Source: Octopus vulgaris (lineage: Eukaryota). Taken from it: 64,000 nt of DNA. Under the pieces are notes generated by a model. That model was not told the DNA's origin. It saw only the letters and a program-made list of their open reading frames with translations, and did not search any database. The number at the start of each line of letters is the position of its first letter. Position 1 is the first letter of the stretch. Below, one piece after another: positions 51,858-62,914 of the stretch. The DNA is taken from NCBI GenBank assembly GCA_951406725.2, contig OX597817.1:93248001-93312000 (forward strand), read 5' to 3'. The position numbers and the translations under genes are program-made.

Positions 51858-54623
51858 TCAGGTGTAGTTTCGGCGGATTTCGGAAAGCATGAGGGCCTTA
51901 AAAGATGCAGTGTCATGGCAGTCAACAACTGACGCAGGCAGTTTATTCCATGCTTCAGCAACTCTGAGCGTGAAAAAATGTTTCCGAAAGTCATGGGAGC
52001 TGTATTGTTTTCTGACTTTGTAGGCATGTCCACGTGTGTTAGACACATGGAGATCAAAAAGGTGTTCAGTGTTGTTGTTGGTGAGGTGGTTGATAACTTT
52101 GTGGGTGTTTACCAAGTCCGTCGCCAAACGCCGGAGCTTCAGTGAATCCATGCCCAGGGAAACAAGGCGCTCAGAATATGGTAGGTGTCTGATGGAGGGT
52201 ATGCGTTTGGTTGCACGTCTCTGGACAGATTCCAGGAGGTCAATGTTCTGTGCAAGATAGGGGTTCCAAACTGATGATGCGAATTCCAAGTGTGGTCGTA
52301 CCATAGCTGTATACAGTTTTAAATAGATGGCTGGAGAGCGGCTAACAAAAGACCTGCTGAGTGATGCCAAGACACCCTCGGCCTTCCTGACAATCTTAGA
52401 GATATGCTTTGACCAACGCAAATCACTGCTGACAGTGATGCCTAGGTCACGCTCACAAGAGGATTTCTTGATATCAGTGTTGTGGAGGGAGTATGTGAAC
52501 GCAGGGTTTTTTCTCCCAAAATGCATGGTGGTACACTTGTCCACAGCCAGTTTCAGTTGCCAGTCTGTGATCCATTGCTGCATTGTGTCTAGGTCTGATT
52601 GCAGGAAAGAGTTGTAGACATCAGGATCTGTCCTCTTGATTTCAAGGTACAGCTTGATGTCGTCTGCATATTTCAATACTGTGGCATTCTTTAAATTGGC
52701 ATCTATGTCGTTAATGTATGCCACAAACAAGAGGGGACCAAGGACAGATCCCTGTGGTACACCCGATGACATCTCATATGGTGTAGAGTGCTGTCCTAGA
52801 ACTGTGACTACCTCCTTTCGGCTGAGGATGAAGGATTTCAACCAGTTAAAAAGGTCATCCCCCACACCCATTGCAGAGAGTTTCACCATAAGCCTTTTGT
52901 GTGGCACAGAGTTGAAAGCCTTAGCAAAGTCAAGGTAGACAACATCCACCCATGAGCCACTGTCAGTAATCTGAGTAATGTCCTCAAGGAACTCGACAAG
53001 CTGGTCACTGCAGCTGGAGTTAGGGACAAATCCATATTGTGAGGGTCGGATGAGACTGTGAGAGCTCCAGAATTTCCAGAGTGTTTCTCTGACACACGAT
53101 TCCATCAGTTTTGCAATACAGCTAGTGAGACTGACTGGGCGATAGTTGACAGGTGATGTGCGGTCGCCCTTTTTGAACAGAGGAATGACACTGGCAGTTT
53201 TCCACTGCTCCGGAGTAGCACCATTGTTGAGACAGTACTGGAAGAAAATAGAAAGCTGGTGTAAAAGGAAGTGCCTGCCACGTTTGAGAAGCAGGTATGT
53301 AACTCCATCGAGACCAGGGGAGGCATAGTTGCGCTTATTTTGAAGGTGACGTCGCAGTATTGCAGGTGTAAATTCCATAGTTGTTATGGAGTTTGCTGTT
53401 AGTGATGGTGAAGATGGTACATTTTGACTTTCAACAGTGAATATGTTTGCATAGCACTCGGCAATGAGTTCTGCGCATTCCTTGGGGTCGTCAGTGATCT
53501 GGTTTGTGTGAGGGTTGCGAAGAGGGCCCACTGGAGAGTGAGGTCTCTGCTTTGAGTGCACATATTTCCAGAAAACCTTGCTGTCAGGATTGGCTGCTAT
53601 GCACTGTTCAAATTCAAGCACTGCTTTTTTTGTCACTTGCTTGAGATGGTTGGAGGATTTATTCCGCTTCTTCCTGTTGGTGTCTGATTTATGCAACCTG
53701 TATTCTCGTTCAGCAGTCTGACGTTCCCTCCTGGCAAGTCGGACCGCTGAAGTTTCCCAAATTGCCCTTTTGGGGCGGTTCTTCTTTTTTTGTTTACGTG
53801 GCACTGATGCTGCACATGCTGCCCATATTGAGTCCAGGATACTCTGGAGTATAGTATTCACATCTCCAGAGTTGTAGAATTCACGCCAGTTTGGGTGCTG
53901 TAGTTCAGTGTGGTACAGGTTCCAATCTGCTCTCTTCCAATCGAAGGAAGCAGATTGGAGATGGTTCAGGTTTTTGTTGCCCGCAAGAGCCAGATTGGCG
54001 ATGATCATAGCATGATCAGAGTCACCTAGAGGTTCCTCCGTAGTGCAATTGATAACTGCTTCAGGAGTTGTGGTGAAGAGCAGGTCCAAGGTGTTGTCGC
54101 CTCTTGTTGGAGAGGTGACTACTTGTGACCAGTTTGAGTCCAGCACAAGCTCAACAAAATCGTTTGCACTCTGTGGCCAATGGAAGGTCTCCCAATCGAT
54201 CTCAGGATGATTGAAATCGCCTGCAATAAACACATAAGTGGCTGTTTTCCTGGCAGCAGCTCGGAGGACATTGCAAAGCTGTGTGTCCCGATGGTAACTT
54301 GGGGGACGATAAACAACGCCAAGCAGGAGTGTTGACATGGTCATACGCACGTCACAGAAAAAAACTTCTTCTTGTGATTCGTTCAAATCGGCACAAGGAA
54401 TTACCAAAAAATTTGAACGAACGTAGACCATCACACCACCACCACGGCGGTTAGTGCGGTCCTTACGGAAGAGGTTGTACCCCGTAATGTTGAAAACCCC
54501 ATCACAGAGTAAGGAATGCGCCCATGTTTCCGTGACAGTGATGAAGTCAGGGTCAACACTTCTGACGTAGGCGTTGAACAAATGTATTTTGTTGCATAAA
54601 CTGCGAGCATTTAAGGACAACAA
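51858..54623 (-). CDS. CR1 ORF2: AP endonuclease plus reverse transcriptase, 921 aa
   Basis: NARSL, VTETW, GDFN, LDL, SDH (APE); NYRPVSLTS, YLDFAKAF, GVPQGSVLGP, YADD (RT). No internal stops. The called start is not ATG. Confidence 0.92.
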   Translation of the reverse strand: MLSLNARSLCNKIHLFNAYVRSVDPDFITVTETWAHSLLCDGVFNITGYNLFRKDRTNRRGGGVMVYVRSNFLVIPCADLNESQEEVFFCDVRMTMSTLLLGVVYRPPSYHRDTQLCNVLRAAARKTATYVFIAGDFNHPEIDWETFHWPQSANDFVELVLDSNWSQVVTSPTRGDNTLDLLFTTTPEAVINCTTEEPLGDSDHAMIIANLALAGNKNLNHLQSASFDWKRADWNLYHTELQHPNWREFYNSGDVNTILQSILDSIWAACAASVPRKQKKKNRPKRAIWETSAVRLARRERQTAEREYRLHKSDTNRKKRNKSSNHLKQVTKKAVLEFEQCIAANPDSKVFWKYVHSKQRPHSPVGPLRNPHTNQITDDPKECAELIAECYANIFTVESQNVPSSPSLTANSITTMEFTPAILRRHLQNKRNYASPGLDGVTYLLLKRGRHFLLHQLSIFFQYCLNNGATPEQWKTASVIPLFKKGDRTSPVNYRPVSLTSCIAKLMESCVRETLWKFWSSHSLIRPSQYGFVPNSSCSDQLVEFLEDITQITDSGSWVDVVYLDFAKAFNSVPHKRLMVKLSAMGVGDDLFNWLKSFILSRKEVVTVLGQHSTPYEMSSGVPQGSVLGPLLFVAYINDIDANLKNATVLKYADDIKLYLEIKRTDPDVYNSFLQSDLDTMQQWITDWQLKLAVDKCTTMHFGRKNPAFTYSLHNTDIKKSSCERDLGITVSSDLRWSKHISKIVRKAEGVLASLSRSFVSRSPAIYLKLYTAMVRPHLEFASSVWNPYLAQNIDLLESVQRRATKRIPSIRHLPYSERLVSLGMDSLKLRRLATDLVNTHKVINHLTNNNTEHLFDLHVSNTRGHAYKVRKQYSSHDFRKHFFTLRVAEAWNKLPASVVDCHDTASFKALMLSEIRRNYT

Positions 54624-54711
54624 TTTGTACCCTGCTCGCAGTTTATGATGGTGTGTAGAGGATGGCAGGTTGTTCTGGCTTAGTTTCCCTGAGTTGCTGT
54701 AGTCTTTTTAG

Positions 54712-55101
54712 TTATTGTGGGTAGAGAGCACTCAGACCAGCTGGTATCTCTATCCACGTTTCAGCAGTCTTGACAAATCTCCAGATTTGTCCATCTTCCC
54801 GAAGACTGAAGCTTTCCTGTAGAGCTGAGTTCCTATTCAGGGAAGCCACTACACGTAGCTTCGGACGTACATCGGACGGTAAGCCTGGGCGTGTTCGGAA
54901 GGTGGTCCAATTTTCCCGCCCAGCTTTAACTGAGGCCAGATGGTAAGAGGTTGCCTCAGTAGGGTCCGTAAAAGACAACTTGATGAGCCTAGGTTTTGGG
55001 CCAGGTCGTCCAAGGCGGATAGCACCCGTTGGGGGAACGCAGCCTAGGTCTTTGGCTGAGTTGGCAGCAAAAGCCTGAAGATCAGCCATGTCTTCTGGCA
55101 C
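54712..55101 (-). CDS. CR1 ORF1 C-terminal part
   Basis: IRLGRPGPKPRLIKLSF is typical of CR1/L2 ORF1, and it lies directly upstream of ORF2. Confidence 0.7.
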   Translation of the reverse strand: MPEDMADLQAFAANSAKDLGCVPPTGAIRLGRPGPKPRLIKLSFTDPTEATSYHLASVKAGRENWTTFRTRPGLPSDVRPKLRVVASLNRNSALQESFSLREDGQIWRFVKTAETWIEIPAGLSALYPQ

Positions 55102-55232
55102 CCCAATGGCAATGACTTCATGGGTGGCAGAATCCGCGGTCTTAAATGCGACAAGAGGTTGAGTGCCTGAATAACACCTTATAGCTTCAGTGACGCCTCA
55201 AATAATCATTTCTTCCTTAGTCGGCACTTTTT

Positions 55233-55274
<42 letters not shown>

Positions 55275-55330
55275 CATACATATATATATACATATACACA
55301 TATATATACATATATATATATACATATATA

Positions 55331-55867
55331 CTTTATAATAGGGTTCAGCAAAGATTTGCTTTACCACATACCGAAATTTAGAAATAGCAGCCAAAGAACG
55401 TTAGCTGTTTCCTCTACTTTAAAGAGAGACTCCCAGAAAAAATCAAATTACTTGAAAACAATCCACGAAGGCAGAGAGGAAAAATAACGAAAATCAATCG
55501 ATATTAGATTACCCATGTACGCGTTTCGGAATTAGATCGGTATAAAGAATGTGTAATTTATACTTTACCCAAACATTTTCTTCATCAGCATGGGACTTCA
55601 CAATATTAGATATTAAAAATATTAAATTCGAAGGCACTGGAAGAACTGAACATATCTCTCCAACTAACGGTATCAGACAGATCAAATTCAACGTCAGTAC
55701 CACCGAATTAAAAAATAAACGAATGAAGTTCATTACCTTCCCCTGCCCATCCACGTGTGTCGTCAAGTAAAATACTACAGAAAAAATCTGTAGTTTATTA
55801 TCAGGGAGAAAATTATATTACCAATAATAACAAAGGGTAAAATTAATTATTTAACTAGTAATCAATG
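55331..55867 (-). repeat. Hammerhead-containing non-coding repeat, family B copy 1
   Basis: Inverted homologue at 58717-59183. Shares sequence blocks with family A. Adjacent to (TA)n. Confidence 0.85.
55512..55594 (-). ncRNA. Type I hammerhead ribozyme, family B
   Basis: CCCATG-CTGATGA-long stem II-GAAA-CGCG-TA-CATGGG: perfect 6-bp stem I, palindromic stem III, GUA triplet. Confidence 0.85.
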
Positions 55868-58716
55868 ATTACTGATGAGCGACTTCAGGATCAGGGCCGA
55901 ATGGCTGCCCAGAAGAAGACCAGCTCAGAGGAGAAGGGTCTGGAAGCTTAAAGATCCTGCTAATGGACGGAGATTTAGAGACGTCCTACTCGAAGCCTTC
56001 GACGAAATAGAAGGGGATATAGCTTCACATAATGTGGAAGACAACTGGAGGTTTCTACGGGACAATCTGCTGAGAGCCACTGACCAGATCTGTGGATGGA
56101 GCAAAGTCCCATCTCGTCCCAGGGTAACGTGGTGGTGGAATAATGTTGTAGACAGGACTATTAGAGACAAGAGACAGGCTTGGAAGGACTGGAAGAATGG
56201 TGGTAGCAGGGAATTGTATCAGACTGTGAAAAGAGAAGCTAGGAGACAGGTTTGTTTAGACAGGGAAGCAGATAAGAAAAAATTTGCCAATGTTCTGCGC
56301 CGTGAGGACCAAAGACTTGAAGTATTTCGTGTTGCAAGACAGTATGTGAAAGAGAATTGTGATGTGGTAGGAGAGAAATGTGTTTGCATGGATGATGGTT
56401 CACTTGTGCTAAATGAGGATGCAAAGAGAGAGGTTTTGAGATGCCACTATGAAAGGTTGCTCAACAAAGAAAATGAATGGGATAAAGAGAGTCTGCCAAT
56501 TGTCGACCCAACAGTGGGACCAGCTATCCGAGTTGACAGTTCTTTGGTAACTAAGGCAATTAGAAGCATGAAGACAGGGAAAGCCCCAGGCCCATCAGGA
56601 ATCACTGCAGAGATGCTCAAAATATCTGGCAGTGTCGGATATAGCCTAGTCACCCGTATAGTTAACCAGGTGATACACGAAGAAGTCATACCCAATGACT
56701 GGTGTAGTAGCATGACAGTCAACTGCTACAAAGGTAAAGGTGACGCCCTAGATACAAGTAATTACAGCGGTATCAAGCTGTTGGATCAGGTAATGAAGGT
56801 TATGGAAAGGGTCATAGCCCAACTGATTAGGGAGAGAGTCAACTTGGACGAGATGCAGTTCGGTTTCGTGCCAGGGAAAAGCACCATCGATGCCATATTC
56901 CTGGTGAGACAGCTGCAGGAGAAATACCTAGCCAAAGATAAACCTCTGTACCTGGCTTTCGTTGACTTGGAGAAAGCCTTTGACAGGATCCCCCGATCCC
57001 TTATCTGGTGTTCAATGAGGAAACTAGGGATAGATGAATGATTATTGAGAGCTGTGCATATACAGGGACACTGTTAGTAAGGTGAGGGTTGGCAACGAGT
57101 ACAGTGAAAAATTCTGGGTAGAGGTTGGGGTCCACCAAGGTTCAGTCCTCAGCCCCCTCCTATTTATCATAGTCCTCTGGGCAATAACGGAGGAATTCAA
57201 GACAGGATGCCCCTGGGAGCTCCTCTATGCTGATGACCTTGCTCTAATTGCTGAGTCACTATCAGAACTGGAGGAGAAGTTTTAGACGTGGAAGCAAGGA
57301 TTAGAATCGAAGGGCCTTAGAGTAAACCTAGCTAAAACCAAAGTCCTAATAAGTAGGAAGGTAGACAAATCACATACGCCTTCAGGTAGATGGCCCTGCT
57401 TGATCTGTAGAAAAGGTGTAGGTAGGAACTCCATAAGATGAACCAAGTGTAAGCTATGGACACATAAGAGGTGCAACAAAGTCAAAGGAAGGCTAACTAG
57501 GAAGATACTTTTTGTATGTGGCAGATGCTCTGGTGCAATAAACACTGAAAATGCGCAGAGATCATCTTCTGCCACATTCCAGGGAGAAAAACTAGAAATA
57601 GTTGATAGTTTCCATTACCTCGGTGACCAAGTCAGTAGTCGGGGCGGGTGTGCTGAAAGTGTAACTGCTAGAGTAAGAATAGCCTGGGCAAAGTTCAGAG
57701 AGCTCTTACCTCTGCTGGTGACAAAAGGCCTCTCGCTCAGAGTAAAAGGCAGACTGTATGACGCATGTGTACGAACAGCCATGCTACATGGCAGTGAAAC
57801 ATGCTCCGTGACTGCTGAGGATATGCGTAAGCTCACAAGAAATGAAGCCAGTATGCTCCGATGGATGTGTAATGTCAGTGTTCACACCCGACAGAGTGTA
57901 AGTACCTTGAGAGAAAAGTTGGACCTAAGAAGCATCAGATGTGGTGTGCAAGAGAGACATCTACACTGGTATGGACACGTGGTAAGAATGGATGAAGATA
58001 GTTGTGTGAAAAAGTGCCACACGCTAGTGGTTGAGGGAACCTGTGGAAGAGGTAGACCCAGGAAAACCTGGGACGAGGTGGTAATGCATGACCTTCGCGC
58101 TTTAGGTCTCACCAAGGAAATGATCAGAGACCGAGACCTTTGGAAGTATGCTGTGCGTGAGAAGACCCGGCAGGACAAGTGAGGCCATAACCCGTGGCCT
58201 CTACCTGGGACGTAGTCAGTCCACCTGTGCATACCTTCCTTCTTGGGACACAAAACTCTGCTTGTGAAGACCTGTTGAGGCAAGTGAAAATCAAAATCGA
58301 AATCGATCCACATCAATGGAATTTGTAGTTGTAATACCAGTGCCGGTGGCATGCAAGAGAACCATCCGAACGTGGCCATAGCCAGTGCCGCATCGACTGG
58401 CCTCCATGTCGGTGGCACGTAACAAACACCATCCGATTGTGGCCATTGCCAGCCTCGCCTGGCCTCCGTGCCGGTGGCACATAAAAAGCACTATCCGAGC
58501 GTGGCCGTTCGCCAGCCTCGTCTGGCACCCGTTTCGGTGGCACGTAAAAAGCACCCACTACACTTACGGAGTGGTTGGCATTAGGAAGGGCATCCAGCTG
58601 TAGAAACACTGCCAGATCTGACTGGGCCTGGTGCAGCCTTCGGGCTTCCCAGACCCCAGTTGAACCGTCCAACCCATGCTAGCATGGAAAGCGGATGTTA
58701 AACGATGATGATGATG
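55868..58716 (+). mobile_element. RTE-clade LINE copy 3 (longest; stops and frameshift)
   Basis: ORFs 55875-57041, 57082-57285 and 57718-58182 are collinear with 6100-7965. Minisatellite UTR and (GAT)n tail. Confidence 0.95.
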
Positions 58717-59183
58717 ATGTTGAATTTGATCTGTCTGATACCGTTAGTTGGAGAGTTATATTCGGTTCTTCCAGTGCCTTTGAATTTAATATTTTTAATA
58801 TTTAATATTGTGAAGTCCCATGCCGATGAAGAAAATATTCGGGTAAAGTATAAATTACACATTCTTTATACCGATCTAATTCGGAAATGCGTACATGGGT
58901 AATCTAATATCGATTGATTTTCGGTATTTTTCTTCTCTGCCTTTGTGGATTGTTTACAAGTAATTTCTTTTTTCCGGGAGTCTCTTTTTGAAGTAGAGGA
59001 AATAGCTAAGGTTCTTTGGCTGCTATTTCAAAACTTTGGTATGTGGTAAAGCAAATCTTTGCTGAACCCTATTATAAAGTATTACTTTAATTTACTGTGA
59101 AATGGTCCTTTTTCATGCCGAATTCTACTTGGTGAAATTATTGATTACTACTTAATTAATTAATTTTACCCTTTGTTATTATT
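58717..59183 (+). repeat. Family B copy 2, inverted and circularly permuted relative to copy 1
   Basis: Reverse complement of 55331-55693, continuing through a 60-nt junction into the reverse complement of 55825-55867. Confidence 0.85.
58817..58899 (+). ncRNA. Family B hammerhead with a core mutation (CCGATGA), probably inactive
   Basis: CCCATG-CCGATGA-...-GAAA-TGCG-TA-CATGGG. Confidence 0.65.
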
Positions 59184-59282
59184 AATATATACATATATAT
59201 ATATACATACATATATATATATACATATATAGTAAACAGACAAAAGAATGATATTGGTGTTGCATAATGGTCATAACCTTTA

Positions 59283-59415
59283 AGGTTATGACTATTTCAG
59301 TAGCTAGTGGAACCATTTCACCAATTTGTACATTGGCTTGTGGATATAAAAAATATTATGTAAATCCATATAGTAATTAATTAATTAAGGTATCACCAAC
59401 CATCTCATCAGACCT
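59283..59415 (-). ncRNA. Degenerate type I hammerhead motif, family D, with a very long stem II
   Basis: AGGT-CTGATGA-GATGGTTGGTG...CACTAGCTACT-GAAA-TAGTCA-TA-ACCT; 10 of 11 stem II pairs including G-U. Confidence 0.6.
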
Positions 59416-59754
59416 GTTGAAGTTACTGCTAATGACAAGAAATTGCATAATTGTTATCATTTGTATTGGATAGAAATGTATTATTTGTAAATGACCTAGA
59501 TCAGAATTTATTGCCTGGATAATTAAAGTACATTCATTATCACTAATGGTAATTCATTTCTTACTATTAATAAGTTGTTGCTTCTTAATTAATTTTCTTT
59601 TCTCATCAGTCTTTGAAACAATTGTCACCTTTCATAGTTATGTAATAGCATCATCTTCATTCCTTTGTCTGTTCACTGTTGTCAGTGCTCAATTGATACT
59701 TCATATTTGTCATGTCAGAAATAAATATATATTTGTAATATTGAGCGAAAACAC

Positions 59755-60071
59755 CTAAAGCTCCACGAGGCTCCAGCAGGGGGTGATGGCGACCCTTGTT
59801 GTACTCTTTCGCCCCCAACTTTCTTGAGTAACGCTGCGATGGACTGGTGTCCCATCCAGCTCGGGGTGTAATGACTGATTTCTATCAGTCATTTTTTTTA
59901 TGCGCCTTTTCAAGCCTAGCCAGGCTCATGGGCCCGGTTTCTGTGGCGTATATGTTACACCCCTAGCTGGATGGGACACCAGTCCATCGCAGCGTTACTC
60001 AAGAAAGTTGGGGGCGAAAGAGTATAACAAGGGTCGCCATCACCCCCTGCTGGAGCCTCGTGGAGCTTTAG
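59755..60071. repeat. 117-bp near-perfect inverted repeat with an 83-bp spacer, SINE-like sequence
   Basis: Arms 59755-59871 and 59955-60071, with two mismatches seen. Confidence 0.9.
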
Positions 60072-62914
60072 ATGATCAACACTGAAGTACTTTATTGCAA
60101 TCAAATCATGAAACATTTAGAGGGTTCCTAGCCATGCTTGAAATAACAATCAAATCTTCCTCAAATTATATCCTACTATCTTTATGAAGTACATTAGATA
60201 ATAGTCTTAGCTACACATATTCTGAATAAAAGACAATTAAAATAACTGACCAACTTAATTCCATTCTTTTCAAAATCTTATGTTATCTAGATTTATGATT
60301 ATGCAGCTCAAAGTGCACAAACCTTTGAGTGTAGTCCACTGAGCCAGTAAATAGCCATGTTATACCTTTACTATATTAGCAACCATACTGTATGTTGTTG
60401 CAGGGAAGGGTTGTCATACATATTGTTGCTGCCTAATCTACACACTATATCTGTGTAAACCTCACTAGTAATATCTACAACTGACTTAGGGAACTTGCAT
60501 CACATCTAACATGTTGGTTGCCCATACCACCAACCTTACTGTATCAGCACTGTATATAATTAGTGAGCCTATACTATTCTGTTACTAGTATTTATCCTCA
60601 ATCAAACATATGATCAGAGGTATCCCTCTTTTGTATATCAAAGAATCTATTGGCTAATACATCCTTCTATATTTAAGCTGCTATTTCTAGCAGATCGAAC
60701 ATGTACATAATCCCATTTGTTTCACTGTGATGCATTTCTTGTAAATCTAATCCCTGTTGTCTTGTGTGTGTGAGGTGTTTGGCAAATTCCTTTCACACAC
60801 TGAAGACATCATCCCCTTTTGATTCTTTTTATTCCCATTTCTGTAGTACTACACATCTGTCTCTCCAAAATTTCCTATATTAGTTTTGCTGTACTAAGAG
60901 GTTGTTAGTTCTTTGTTCAAACCTTTTACAGTTCTGTGTAAGCAGATACCATAATTGCTTATCCTCCTGACCATTCTCACCACACATTGTAATCAAATGT
61001 GTGAGGGAGAGAAATTGACTGCAGTACTTGATTGGTATTTTAAAGGGTAAAAACCCCATCCAGTCATGAAGGACCATAGGATACACCTAGAAAGTTCCCC
61101 TCTGAAGCACAAGTCTGGGCAAGGTTGTTATGGAAGACCAGCAGTTGCCTGTGCATACCAGCTTCCTCTCTCTGTGCCAAGGGAAAAGCAAAGGCCAATA
61201 CAGCTTGGTACCAGAGATGTCAGAACTCATTTCTACAGCTCAGTGAACTGGAGCAATGTGAAATAAAATGTCTTGCTCAAGAATACAACACACAACCTGG
61301 TTTGGGAATCAAACTCATTACCTCATGATTGTGAACCCAACACTAACCACTGAGCCATGGCATTTTATTTATGCATGAACAGCAAAGTTGACCTCAGGGC
61401 ACAGAAAGCTAGAACAAATCTTGCCTGTCATTGTATCCAACATTCTAACAGTGAGCCAGCCAATCTACAATCTCACTAAATTAAATTAAATTACTTCACG
61501 AGTATTGTGCTAAAAAAGTGTTTATTATATTTAAAATACTAAGTGTACTATTTTCAGCTACCAGCCAATAACCAAATGTATTCTGTATTTAAATATGCAG
61601 GTGGGTACAGTATTTAACTACCAGTCAGTAGGTATGTATGTGCTATGTTATAATCAACTAACAGCAAGGAACCAGTAATATACTACACTGTAATCAGTGT
61701 ACTCTACTATAATCAATCACCAACCAAAGATCATAATTCAGTTTCATTTTACTTGTTGCTAAAACATCTAAGAGTATTGCCCATTATATCAACACTACTT
61801 ATTTTATCAACTTTCAAAAAATTTGAACTCAAATATTAACAAGACATAGCAAAACATAATGTATTTTGCACACAACTCCATACTAATCTTGCCAAGAGTC
61901 ATTACAAGTCATTCTAACAGCAGTTTGCCTAGATATCAGAAACACGTGATCATCTGGAAAAGTCACCTGTAACAGAGAGGCAATATATCCAGGAAGAACT
62001 ATCTGGCTGTTGCTATAAAACCTATTGTTAAGCATTAGTTCTACAGATCATAAATGTCTACATATGTTGTTCTTGTTCACTGGTCATCAATATAAAATGT
62101 TTAAATTTTAGACAGCAATAAAATAAGAAAATATATCATATTCTTTAAATTAATCTTTATTCTGAAGAAAAAAAATGAAAAAAGATCTTTAAATAAAATA
62201 GCAGTATAAATAGTAACATTATAAAATAGATTTTCTTTTCTCATCAGTCTTTGAAAGAGTCAGCTGTCCATTCTAGAGAAATCCATTTAGAGAAAGGAGA
62301 ATGTTTCCTTGGAACTATTGTCGATGTAAGAACAGTGCAGCAGTAGGAGGATTAATAACTCTTGACTTCTGAGAAACTTTATGAGAGATCTTGGATTCCT
62401 CTGTAATCCACGTGACTGTGAGGATTTTTAACTATATTGTCAGTTAACAAAATAAATAAAATTAAAAAATCAAACAAACTGTAAACTGCTTCTTGCAGAT
62501 AGAAAAGTACATCAGAAGAGGTAGAAAAAAATGAAATATTTTACAGTTTTAAAGTCCTCACATCTCTGCAAAAGTGGAAAATAAAAAGATGACTTTCTGG
62601 TTTTGATTATGTCTGTTTGATACAGTTTACAGATATGTTCTTTTATATTTTTCACTGTAGCCAAAGTATAGAAAAGAATGGTGGAGAGAGTACTTCTCGA
62701 TGTTATCAATTTAATTAAGCGTTTTGGGTTTTATTTTCTTGTGTTAACAAATGAGAGGGATGGAAAAAAAAATCTCCTTCCTGTTAGAAATAACTGAACT
62801 GTAAGAATCTCAGCCGAGAAGGATGAATGCCACAACTTCCTCCTTCCTCATTATGAAGATTTTGTTAATGTTGAGAATTTTAGAGATGAGAATTGATGGA
62901 ATGTAGGATAACAT

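Larger units (their letters stand above)
51781..55150 (-). mobile_element. CR1-clade LINE with an uninterrupted ORF2, partial ORF1 and (ATT)n tail
   Basis: APE and RT motifs, 3' AWNKLP motif, and a tandem TAA tail at 51781-51808. Confidence 0.95.
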
